Source: a virus (Duplodnaviria; Caudoviricetes). From it: a stretch of DNA of 59,789 nucleotides. This document shows positions 1 to 7,633 of this stretch, piece by piece (the first letter of the stretch is position 1; each line of letters begins with the position of its first letter). The notes below the pieces were generated by a model that did no database searches, was not told the origin of the DNA, and saw nothing but the letters and a program-made list of their open reading frames with translations. Both the position numbers and the translations under genes were made by a program. Where the stretch lies: positions 1 to 59,789 of the IMG/VR virus record IMGVR_UViG_3300032225_000982. One strand, 5' to 3'.

Positions 1-123
1 TGGGGGCCGACGGAGGCGCAGGCGAAGTATGAGGGGCGGCGCGACCTGGGCAATGTGGAAAAGGGCGACGGTCTGCGTTTTCGGGGCCGTGGAGCCATCC
101 AAATAACAGGGCGTGCAAACACA
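1..123. repeat. Terminal direct repeat (copy 1), circular assembly overlap
   Basis: Bases 1-123 (tgggggccgacgg...gcaaacaca) are identical to 59667-59789 and lie inside the endolysin reading frame. Confidence 0.97.
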
Positions 124-372
124 ACGGCAGCGCGGGATGCGCTGAAGCCTGACATGGCGTTGGACGTGTTTTGCGCGTGGCTGGAAACGGCGGAAGGTGC
201 TGGAACAAGCGCCGCGTGGTGGTGGAACGACAGAAAATTAAATGAGTTAGCCGACGCTGGACGGTTTGATGACATCACCCGCAGAGTGAATGGCGGATTT
301 AATGGGCGGGATGATCGCATTGCACGGTGGACAAAAGCAAAGGCTGCTCTGGATGAAACCCCTGCAAAATGA
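1..372 (+). CDS. GH19 (chitinase-like) endolysin, 3' part; gene starts at 59496
   Basis: Frame is open from base 1. Motifs GDGLRFRGRGAIQITGRAN, SAAWWW and ITRRVNGGFNG are typical of phage GH19 lysins. Confidence 0.92.
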   Translation, partial: WGPTEAQAKYEGRRDLGNVEKGDGLRFRGRGAIQITGRANTTAARDALKPDMALDVFCAWLETAEGAGTSAAWWWNDRKLNELADAGRFDDITRRVNGGFNGRDDRIARWTKAKAALDETPAK

Positions 373-384
373 GGATTATCAACC

Positions 385-1398
385 ATGGCACAGCCCGCTT
401 ACAAATGGAGCGACATAGAATCAGTCTATAACGCGGTGATGCTGCACGGCAGTGTGACAGCAGCGGCGCGGTCATTTATACCGCCGATGAGTAATAAGAC
501 TGCTGCGAATCATTACGAAGCGGCTCTTAGCCGCTTCAACAAACCTGATGTGCGCAAAGCGCACAAGGCGATGGCGGTAGCGTATGATCCGGATAATCCA
601 CCGGAATGCGAATTGACGTTAAAAATCAGTCATTTAAACGCCACCGCAGTGGCTTTTAGCGATGCGCATTGGACATCGCTGTCACAGCCTCGCAGCCTAG
701 CGCATGAAGCGCTATTGCGCGCCATTCCTCTGGTGCAGCCCGATATTTTGCTGAGTGTGGGCGATTTGGTGGATATGGGCGAACCATCGCGCCATGACCC
801 GCTGGGGTGGAATCGTCGCGTCAAAGTCAAAGAAGAACTAAGCGCGGCCAAACAGCATCTCGACGATATTATGGGATTAGCGCCGCGCGCGTTGAGATTT
901 TGGGTGCGCGGCAATCATGATGATCGGTTTGATAAATATTTGGCGCTTAATGCAGCAATGTTTGAAGGCGTAGACGGCTTCGATTTTGCTGGGCAATTTC
1001 CAGATTGGAAAATGTGTCATCGGCTGGATTTAAACGACTCCGTTGTGATGCACAGGTTCCACGGCGGAATTCATGCGGGATGGAATAACGCGGTCAAATC
1101 GGGTGTGTCGTTTGTGTCGGGTGATACGCATTCCCTTGAATATAAACCGATGGTTGACATGCGAGGCCGCAGATATGGCGTGCAATGCGGTATGCTGGCC
1201 GATCCAGCATGGCCTTGCTTTGGCTACATGCAAGGCAATACCAGACTTTGGAATCCCGGCTTTGCCGTTTTAACATGGAAGGACGGGGAGCTTATGCCGC
1301 CAGAATTGTGCGAGATTTTAAATGGGGTTGCATGGTTTCGCGGCCAGCAATTGGCCGGTAAACCGCGCATTCGCGTCAAAGCGGGACGCTCCGCGTGA
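385..1398 (+). CDS. Calcineurin-like metallophosphoesterase with N-terminal HTH-like region
   Basis: Motifs SDAH, GDLVD, GNHD, H..HGG and GDTH in the expected order; GAGGA RBS. Confidence 0.85.
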   Translation: MAQPAYKWSDIESVYNAVMLHGSVTAAARSFIPPMSNKTAANHYEAALSRFNKPDVRKAHKAMAVAYDPDNPPECELTLKISHLNATAVAFSDAHWTSLSQPRSLAHEALLRAIPLVQPDILLSVGDLVDMGEPSRHDPLGWNRRVKVKEELSAAKQHLDDIMGLAPRALRFWVRGNHDDRFDKYLALNAAMFEGVDGFDFAGQFPDWKMCHRLDLNDSVVMHRFHGGIHAGWNNAVKSGVSFVSGDTHSLEYKPMVDMRGRRYGVQCGMLADPAWPCFGYMQGNTRLWNPGFAVLTWKDGELMPPELCEILNGVAWFRGQQLAGKPRIRVKAGRSA

Positions 1399-1616
1399 AG
1401 GGCGAGAAGATTGAAAAGATTGACCCTGACAATTGCCTGATTGCAGCTTCCGCTCGAAAGGCGCTGGAGGATGTGTTGTCGCGCAATCCAACCGTGATGA
1501 TGATTGTTTACGAAACGGCGAAACAGATCGGTTACGCCAGCGTGCCACCGTCATCTGCGGTGGCCATGGGTCTTTATGTCAAAATTGGCAACGTGCTGGT
1601 GCCCGACGACGGCTAA
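1395..1616 (+). CDS. Hypothetical protein
   Basis: GTGA overlap with the upstream gene; 73 aa. Confidence 0.65.
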   Translation: MKGEKIEKIDPDNCLIAASARKALEDVLSRNPTVMMIVYETAKQIGYASVPPSSAVAMGLYVKIGNVLVPDDG

Positions 1617-1661
1617 AAACCCGTTCCTGCATTTTGTAAAAAAAATCTTCCGATTTAGGCG

Positions 1662-1730
1662 GAAAGGCTATTTTATTTTTTCCGGATAGGGGGTAAAAAA
1701 CTCTCAGGCAACGACGCCTGAGAGAAAGGA
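1662..1730 (+). promoter_or_regulatory. Sigma70-like promoter, leader hairpin and RBS
   Basis: TTTTAT(1671)-N17-TAAAAA(1694) with an A-tract upstream; hairpin CTCTCAGGC/GCCTGAGAG at 1701-1724, then AAAGGA. GAAAGGCTATTTT is shared with 15151. Confidence 0.6.
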
Positions 1731-1738
1731 CCTACCCG

Positions 1739-2074
1739 ATGACCGACGCAATCATGACCGCCGCCCTTTACGCCAACAAGCTCGGCTACAGCGACGTGGA
1801 CCCCTACGAGGTGATCCGCCAGATCAGCCCCAAAACCATCGAAATCCGCGCCATGAAAGCCGAGCGCGACAATTCTTGGAAAATGGACTTTGTGCCGGGC
1901 GGGTTTTTTGGCACCGTGGTCAACCAGCGCGATCAAAAATGGTTCATCAGCAGCGACCTGGAGCGCAAGATTATCCGCATCCGCCTGCGCCGCGATGGTC
2001 AGTGGTATGACGCCCACGACAACCGCTACTCGCTGGGCGACAAGCCGGTCAAATTTTACGATTACAACTTTTGA
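1739..2074 (+). CDS. Hypothetical phage early-type protein
   Basis: Strong RBS, genome-typical codon usage, own promoter and downstream hairpin. Confidence 0.8.
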   Translation: MTDAIMTAALYANKLGYSDVDPYEVIRQISPKTIEIRAMKAERDNSWKMDFVPGGFFGTVVNQRDQKWFISSDLERKIIRIRLRRDGQWYDAHDNRYSLGDKPVKFYDYNF

Positions 2075-2076
2075 GC

Positions 2077-2110
2077 AAAAACCCCCGGCGAAAGCCGGGG
2101 GAATCGCTTT
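2077..2110. terminator. GC hairpin with GAAA tetraloop, probable intrinsic terminator
   Basis: CCCCCGGC-GAAA-GCCGGGGG at 2082-2101 with an A-tract on the 5' side. Confidence 0.65.
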
Positions 2111-2127
2111 ACTTTGGAAAGGTTTAC

Positions 2128-2409
2128 ATGAAGCTCGACCTGCATTTCACCCCGCACGAAGCCCGCGCGGTCAAATTCCTCGCCGCGCGGTGCGGCGAGG
2201 AAGTGCCTTTGGAGGCACTTGCAAACGCCATTTACGGCGCGGAAGATCGCCCCAGGACATGGAGGCAATCGGCCATGGCCATGATGCGCCAACTGCAAAT
2301 CAAATGCGCGCTTTATGGCCCGATAGAATTCTACCGCAAAAGCCGCCTGGGTGCGGGCGGCAAAGCTATCTACCTCGCAACATCACGAAAGGACGAAACA
2401 CATGGATAA
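2128..2409 (+). CDS. Winged-HTH-like DNA-binding protein
   Basis: GGAAAGG RBS; pattern FTPHEARAVKFL..GEEVPLEALANAIYG resembles the OmpR-type C-terminal wHTH. Confidence 0.55.
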   Translation: MKLDLHFTPHEARAVKFLAARCGEEVPLEALANAIYGAEDRPRTWRQSAMAMMRQLQIKCALYGPIEFYRKSRLGAGGKAIYLATSRKDETHG

Positions 2410-2608
2410 ACCCCTGCCCATCAAGCTGGTGGATTTGGAAATGGCGCAACGCGTCAAGCAAATCAGCCGCGAGATTCCTTCCAGTCCGGAGGTGGTGCGC
2501 GAGGTGCTGGCCACCGTGGCGGAATACCTCACCCACCGCTCCAAAGGCGACGACGACGCCGCCCGCCACGATCTGAAATACGTCACCATGGTGGTTGGGT
2601 TCCTGTGA
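2402..2608 (+). CDS. Hypothetical protein
   Basis: AAAGGA RBS; overlaps both neighbours as in a coupled operon. Confidence 0.7.
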   Translation: MDKPLPIKLVDLEMAQRVKQISREIPSSPEVVREVLATVAEYLTHRSKGDDDAARHDLKYVTMVVGFL

Positions 2609-2868
2609 TGGAAAATCTTCAGAAAATGGCTGTCACGCCCGTTGATGCCCGTTACCTCAAATGCGCCGAGGAAATGCGCGACGAGGCCACCAAGATCGCC
2701 ATGACCATCGCCCGCGCCGGTCATTGCCACCCCGGAATTCCGGCGGCGTTGGATGCCCACGTCTCCGCGATGCTCCAAGCCATCGCCGCCGAGCATATGG
2801 CATACGGACGCGAGACGCTGGCCAAGCATTATCTTGCCAGCGCATTGCGGGTGGAGGCTGGGGTATGA
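2605..2868 (+). CDS. Hypothetical protein
   Basis: GTGA overlap; 87 aa. Confidence 0.65.
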   Translation: MMENLQKMAVTPVDARYLKCAEEMRDEATKIAMTIARAGHCHPGIPAALDAHVSAMLQAIAAEHMAYGRETLAKHYLASALRVEAGV

Positions 2869-3230
2869 ACAAAATGCGCCCAATCTCCGAGATGATCGTT
2901 GGCCTGCGCGCTCTGGCAAATCACCCAGAAGCTTTGATCAGCGACGCTCTATTTGCAAACGACACCGCCAATTACATCGAGGGTGCGACCGACAGTTTGC
3001 GCGAGCATATGCAAATGCTCAAAGAGATGCGGGTAAGGCTGGAGCAGGTGCGCCCCCTGATGGTGGTGGCCGCTAAGGAACTGGAAGAATTTTACGACAT
3101 GTATCGGTCGAACCAACATCAATATGAACGCGACATGGAACTGCCTCGCGCCATCCGCGATTTGCTGCGCTGGTGGGAGCCGGGGACAACAGAACCTGTC
3201 AGCATTAGCCATTGGGGGATTGTGGAATGA
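2865..3230 (+). CDS. Hypothetical protein
   Basis: ATGA overlap after GGAGG; starts MNKMRPISE. Confidence 0.65.
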   Translation: MNKMRPISEMIVGLRALANHPEALISDALFANDTANYIEGATDSLREHMQMLKEMRVRLEQVRPLMVVAAKELEEFYDMYRSNQHQYERDMELPRAIRDLLRWWEPGTTEPVSISHWGIVE

Positions 3231-3460
3231 GCAAGCCAGCAAAAGACGAAGCCGAACTGATGGAGCGGGTGGCAGAAGCCCTATACGATAATTACGATTT
3301 GGACCTACCGATGTCTTTTACTCTCGCCGCCATCCGCGCGGCAGGGTGGGCGGTTGTGCCGGTGGAGCCGACCGAGGCAATGTTGCTTGCCGCGCGCCAT
3401 TTTAAGGCCCGTAAATTCTACCGCGATATGATCGCAGCAGCGCCGGAGGTGAAGCCATGA
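3227..3460 (+). CDS. Hypothetical protein (VVPVEPTEAML motif family)
   Basis: ATGA overlap; the W.VVPVEPTEAM..A motif is common in small phage proteins. Confidence 0.7.
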   Translation: MSKPAKDEAELMERVAEALYDNYDLDLPMSFTLAAIRAAGWAVVPVEPTEAMLLAARHFKARKFYRDMIAAAPEVKP

Positions 3461-3837
3461 GCGGATGGCCTAATCCTTTGAAGCCCGGCATGCCGTTGAA
3501 TCCTGAGAAAGATGGATGGCATTGGCTAGCTGATCCGGCAAGCACTCAATTTTATTTTTGGCACCGTCCGGTAAAGTGGATTGGAGAAATTAAAAGCTGG
3601 TTATTTGGAGGTTGCGTAACGTGGCGCGAAATGAATGAAACGGGCTGGAGATACCTCGGCCCATGCCTAAAGCCAGCCGAGGCAGACAACCTCCTCGTCG
3701 AAAACGCGCGGCTGCGGGAGGCTTTGGAAAATAGCGCCATAATGATTCAAGGCTGTTACGACGCGCCGACCAATCCCAACAGCTTGCCTCAAATGCTATT
3801 GCACTACATTCGCGCAGCCCTGGAGGTGAAGCCGTGA
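3457..3837 (+). CDS. Hypothetical Trp-rich protein
   Basis: ATGA overlap, GGAGG RBS. Confidence 0.7.
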   Translation: MSGWPNPLKPGMPLNPEKDGWHWLADPASTQFYFWHRPVKWIGEIKSWLFGGCVTWREMNETGWRYLGPCLKPAEADNLLVENARLREALENSAIMIQGCYDAPTNPNSLPQMLLHYIRAALEVKP

Positions 3838-4040
3838 TCACTCAACTCAACCCGCCCATTCCCGTTCGCACGCTGGACGGTAAAGGCATGGCGCACATGA
3901 TAATTGATTATGGCGTCGAGCACGATTTGCTTTGGGTGGTGTTTCAAAATGACACTGGCGAATGCTGGTGCTGGCGGAATCAGGACATTCGCGCGCAGAA
4001 CAATATCACCATGGGCAGGGTGACGGAGGCTCCGCCATGA
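3834..4040 (+). CDS. Hypothetical protein
   Basis: GTGA overlap, GGAGG RBS; QLNPPIPV..GKG.AH..IDYG.EH pattern. Confidence 0.75.
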   Translation: MITQLNPPIPVRTLDGKGMAHMIIDYGVEHDLLWVVFQNDTGECWCWRNQDIRAQNNITMGRVTEAPP

Positions 4041-4390
4041 GTGGAGCCAGGGCGGCGATTGTCGCCCTGATCCTCGCCGCTGGTGCCGCCCAGGCGTCGC
4101 CACGGTGTCCACCAACCGGGCTGGCGTCGTGGTATGGCGCTAGTCACAATGGACGCCCGACAGCCTCCGGAGAGCCATTCAGGAGTGCTGCTATGACGGC
4201 AGCGTCGCGGTGCCTGCCGTTTGGCACCGTCGTCGAGGTGATGCACCGCGATAGGTCTGTGGTCGTGCGGATCAACGACCGGGGGCCATACGTTTCATCG
4301 AGAATTCTGGACCTGTCGCACGAAGCCGCGAAGCGCCTGCACATCACCGGCGTGGGGTTTGTGCGAATCAGGGTTTTGCATCGCCCATAA
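4037..4390 (+). CDS. rlpA: RlpA-like (DPBB) lytic transglycosylase with signal peptide
   Basis: GLASWYG, TASGE.F, MTAA, LPFGT, VVVRINDRGPY and ILDLS motifs; N-terminus MSGARAAIVALILAAGAAQA. Confidence 0.88.
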   Translation: MSGARAAIVALILAAGAAQASPRCPPTGLASWYGASHNGRPTASGEPFRSAAMTAASRCLPFGTVVEVMHRDRSVVVRINDRGPYVSSRILDLSHEAAKRLHITGVGFVRIRVLHRP

Positions 4391-4425
4391 AAAATGCCCG
4401 CCCTGGCTCGAACCAAGGCGGGCAA
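4388..4425. terminator. Hairpin after the rlpA-like gene
   Basis: A-tract followed by the inverted repeat GCCCGCC...GGCGGGC. Confidence 0.5.
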
Positions 4426-4522
4426 GTTGGTATCATGGGAAAGGAACAATGATCACATCACGCCAGGAGAGCGCCCCGTCTTATGTCATGGCGGCTTGTG
4501 GCGTGCAAGCGTCAAAACACTC

Positions 4523-4557
4523 TTGCCGCGCGTCAACGCCGCGTTTACAAACGCGGC
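4523..4557 (+). promoter_or_regulatory. Promoter with palindromic operator upstream of the cro-like gene
   Basis: TTGCCG(4523)-N17-TACAAA(4546); perfect inverted repeat GCCGCGTTT-AC-AAACGCGGC at 4538-4557 abuts the ATG. Confidence 0.6.
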
Positions 4558-4794
4558 ATGGAAAACTCTTACGATTTGGCCGCTTTAGCGCGGGACGTTA
4601 TTGATGCAGCCGGTGGCACGGTGGGCGTCGCGCGAAAATTGGGTTATTCGCGCCAACGCGTGCATTACTGGCGCCGTCGAGGTGTGTCGCGTAAAGCGCT
4701 ATCCGCCCTGCATCACACGCTGGGAATTCACCCCAGTGTGGTGCGCCCTGATCTGATTATTGACGTCGTTAAGCCCGCCGACGAAGCCGCGTGA
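4558..4794 (+). CDS. Cro/YdaS-like HTH regulator
   Basis: IDAAGG...VARKLGYSRQRVHYW and C-terminal VRPDL, typical of the Cro/YdaS family. Confidence 0.8.
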   Translation: MENSYDLAALARDVIDAAGGTVGVARKLGYSRQRVHYWRRRGVSRKALSALHHTLGIHPSVVRPDLIIDVVKPADEAA

Positions 4795-5153
4795 GCGATG
4801 ACGACATCACGCTGATTCTGCCGCTGCCGCCCAGCATCAATAAAGCGTGGGTGCCCGTTCGCACCCGCACGGGCGCAAAATTGATCAAGCGCGCCGCGTC
4901 CAAAACCTGGGCGAATTCGGCGCGCTGGGAAGTGTCCATACAACGTGCGCACAAGCAAATTGCCGCGCCGTTTGAAGCGATTATTGAACTGCCAAAAATG
5001 CGCGGCGATGTTGATAACCGGGTGAAGCAACTGCTCGACGCCTGCCAAGCCGGGGGCGCGATCACCAACGACAGGCTATGCCAGCGGTTGGTGGTGGAAC
5101 ATGACGTGGACCGGGAAGGCGCGGTATATCTGACGCTGCGGCCCATCAAATAA
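4791..5153 (+). CDS. rusA: RusA-like Holliday junction resolvase
   Basis: LPLPPSIN, DVDNRVKQLLDA and ITND motifs. Confidence 0.85.
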   Translation: MSDDDITLILPLPPSINKAWVPVRTRTGAKLIKRAASKTWANSARWEVSIQRAHKQIAAPFEAIIELPKMRGDVDNRVKQLLDACQAGGAITNDRLCQRLVVEHDVDREGAVYLTLRPIK

Positions 5154-5170
5154 AATTGCCGATTGGCCTA

Positions 5171-5200
5171 TTGCGCCCCCTCGCCCTATGTTGTAAACAT
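5171..5200 (+). promoter_or_regulatory. Promoter of the recombination/replication operon
   Basis: TTGCGC(5171)-N17-TAAACA(5194); the dyad ATGTT-GTA-AACAT overlaps the -10 box. Confidence 0.5.
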
Positions 5201-5244
5201 ATTTTTGCACTTTGCTTTTTGGTGCTTTTGGGAAAGGAAAAAAT

Positions 5245-6021
5245 ATGGCAATTTCAATGGCGTCATTGCGCCGCAGCACGGAGGTGAAAGCGCCGCGCAT
5301 CATGCTCCATGCGGTGCATGGTATCGGCAAAACCTCGCTTGGCGCGGGCATGCCCAAGCCGGTTATCCTCCAGACCGAGGACGGTCTTGGCATGATCGAC
5401 ATGCCCACCTTTGGGCTGCTTAAAAGCTACGCCGAGGTGATGGAAACCATCGCTTCGCTTTACAGCGAGGATCACGAATTCGAAACTGTGGTGCTGGACA
5501 GCCTCGACTGGCTGGAGCCGCTGGTGTGGGCAGAGACGTGTCGCCTGAACAATTGGAAGGACATCGAGCAGCCGGGCTATGGCAAGGGCTACGCGGCCTC
5601 GTTGGACACATGGCGCGGAATTCTGGATGGGTTGAACGCCCTCCGCGACGAGCGCAAAATGACCATCGCCATGATCGCTCATACGGAGCCAAAGCGTTTT
5701 GAAAGCCCGGAGGTGGAAGCCTACGACCGTTACGCGCCCAAGCTCCAGAAGGCCGCGAGCGCCCTGGTGCAAGAGCATGTCGATTGCGTTTGGTTTATGA
5801 ATTATCGCGTGTCGGTGGTGAAGGACGACAAGAAAGACCCGTCCAGCCGGGCGCGAGGCGTTGGGGGTGGGCAGCGCGTGCTTTACACCACCGAGCGCCC
5901 GTCTCACCTCGCAAAAAACCGCTACCGGATGCCGGAATCCATCTCGCTGCCGGATGACCCGGAGCAGATGTGGCCGACCATCTCCCAACACATTCCCTAT
6001 TTTGCAACCAGCAAGGAGTAA
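5245..6021 (+). CDS. sak4: Sak4-like ssDNA-annealing ATPase (AAA_24)
   Basis: Walker A variant AVHGIGKT, Walker B VVLDSLDWLE, GYGKGY, AKNRY; sits next to an SSB and an exonuclease. Confidence 0.85.
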   Translation: MAISMASLRRSTEVKAPRIMLHAVHGIGKTSLGAGMPKPVILQTEDGLGMIDMPTFGLLKSYAEVMETIASLYSEDHEFETVVLDSLDWLEPLVWAETCRLNNWKDIEQPGYGKGYAASLDTWRGILDGLNALRDERKMTIAMIAHTEPKRFESPEVEAYDRYAPKLQKAASALVQEHVDCVWFMNYRVSVVKDDKKDPSSRARGVGGGQRVLYTTERPSHLAKNRYRMPESISLPDDPEQMWPTISQHIPYFATSKE

Positions 6022-6027
6022 ACGACA

Positions 6028-6561
6028 ATGGCATTTCTCGGCGAAACCTTTGACGCAACCAGCGTCGAACCCGCGCAGCCCCGCGACAATCTGCCGCCCG
6101 GCAATTACACGGCGCAGGTGATCGAAAGCATGATGAAGGAGACCGCCAAAGGCGGGACGATGCTTCAGCTTACGCTGGAAATCATCGATGGCCCCTCCAA
6201 GGGGCGCCGGGTTTGGGACAACCTGAACATTAAGAATCCCAACCCGACCGCGCAGGAAATCGCCTTGCGCACGCTTTCCGCCATTTGCTTGGCCATCGGC
6301 AAGCAACACATTTCGGATAGTGAGGAAATTCATTTCCTGCCCATGACAATCACCGTGGCGGTGGAAGTGGACAACCGGGACAAGGACCTGCCGCCGGATG
6401 AGCAGCGCAAGCGCAACACCGTGCGGGGCTATGCCGCCGCCAGAGGCGATGCGCCGGTTGCCAAGGCGCCGTCTAGCTTCACATCGCGGCAGGCCCCACC
6501 GCCTTCCACGCCCAAGCCCGCAGCGCCTGCCGCTGGTGGTGTCCCGCCCTGGCGGAAGTGA
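6028..6561 (+). CDS. Phage ssDNA-binding protein (DUF669-like)
   Basis: LPPG.Y.AQV, LTLEIIDG..KGRRVWDNLN and a Pro/Ala tail ending PPWRK. Confidence 0.8.
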   Translation: MAFLGETFDATSVEPAQPRDNLPPGNYTAQVIESMMKETAKGGTMLQLTLEIIDGPSKGRRVWDNLNIKNPNPTAQEIALRTLSAICLAIGKQHISDSEEIHFLPMTITVAVEVDNRDKDLPPDEQRKRNTVRGYAAARGDAPVAKAPSSFTSRQAPPPSTPKPAAPAAGGVPPWRK

Positions 6562-6617
6562 ACGGATTGGTCTATCAAATCCAAGTCGTGCGGTCTCCGC
6601 ATGTCCATGTGTCAAGC

Positions 6618-6662
6618 ATGCCCACCCCTCCACCGCTGCAACGGTGGGGGGGCATCTTTCCC
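6618..6662 (+). terminator. GC hairpin followed by a short T run after the SSB gene
   Basis: ATGCCC..CCACCG-loop-CGGTGG..GGGCAT-CTTT. Confidence 0.45.
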
Positions 6663-6685
6663 AAAAAACATCGTCAGGAACCATC

Positions 6686-7633
6686 ATGGTTGCTTTGCCA
6701 CCGGCAGAGGACAAAACCGTCTCTGCGATCTATGACGCCTACGCCGCCGAGCAGGGTTCCGGCTACCGCAACCACTTGGGGGCCAGCATGATCGGTGCGG
6801 AGTGCAGTCGCGCCATTTGGTATTCGTGGAGATGGGCGACGCGCGCCAATCATTCTGGCCGGATGCTGCGCCTGTTCGAAACCGGCCACCAAGCCGAGAG
6901 CCGCTTTATCCACGACCTGCGCCGCATTGGCGTGACGGTGATGGCGCTGGACCCGGAGACCGGCCAGCAATTTAACCTGCGCGACGCCTCCGGGCATTTC
7001 GGTGGCAGCATGGATAGCGTCGCCGTCGGATTCCCCGAGGCGCCCAAGGCGTGGCACGTCTGCGAATTCAAAACGCACAGCGAAAAATCCTTCACGTCGA
7101 TCAAGAAGGATGGCGTCGAGAAATCCAAACCGCAGCATTTTGCGCAAATGCAGGTCTATATGCACCTCGCCGGAATCGAGCGCGCCTTCTACCTTGCCGT
7201 CAACAAAAACACCGACGAGCTATATCAGGAGCGCATCCGCTATGACGCCGAATGCGCGCTGCGCCTTGTCGCCAAGGCCGCCAGGATCATCGCCAGCGTC
7301 GAACCGCCCGCGCGGATCAGCAGCGACCCCACGCATTTCGAATGCCGCTTCTGCGATCACGCCGCCGTCTGTCATGGCGACGCCATGCCCGAGCGGCATT
7401 GCCGGTCATGCCTGCACTCCGCTCCGGCGCCAGAAGGTGAGTGGATGTGCGCGCGGCATGTGGAAGTTATCTCGCCTGAAAATCAACGCACCGGATGCGT
7501 GGCGCATTTGTTCATTCCTGCCCTGGTGCATGGTGAGCAGGTGGACGCGGGCGAGGACTGGGTTCTTTACACCATGCCCGACGGCGAAAAATGGATGGAC
7601 GACGCGCAAGACGCACTGGACTACAAAAAATGA
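6686..7633 (+). CDS. Cas4-like PD-(D/E)XK exonuclease
   Basis: HLGASMIG.EC, GSMD, EFKT, QMQVYM and CRFCDH..VC Fe-S cysteines, plus an extra CRSC..C..C cluster. Confidence 0.85.
   Translation: MVALPPAEDKTVSAIYDAYAAEQGSGYRNHLGASMIGAECSRAIWYSWRWATRANHSGRMLRLFETGHQAESRFIHDLRRIGVTVMALDPETGQQFNLRDASGHFGGSMDSVAVGFPEAPKAWHVCEFKTHSEKSFTSIKKDGVEKSKPQHFAQMQVYMHLAGIERAFYLAVNKNTDELYQERIRYDAECALRLVAKAARIIASVEPPARISSDPTHFECRFCDHAAVCHGDAMPERHCRSCLHSAPAPEGEWMCARHVEVISPENQRTGCVAHLFIPALVHGEQVDAGEDWVLYTMPDGEKWMDDAQDALDYKK

Noticed and set aside
4359-4604. Short ORFs between the rlpA-like and cro-like genes
   Set aside because: They overlap a hairpin, promoter and operator, and show no recognisable protein features.
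6558-6791. 77-aa ORF between the SSB and nuclease genes, and the extended 6398 start
   Set aside because: It crosses a terminator-like hairpin and overlaps the nuclease, whose RBS supports ATG 6686.
6686-7633. Cas4-like gene as evidence of a CRISPR system
   Set aside because: Solo Cas4-like nucleases are standard partners of Sak4 and SSB in phage recombination modules; there is no cas1/cas2 or array.
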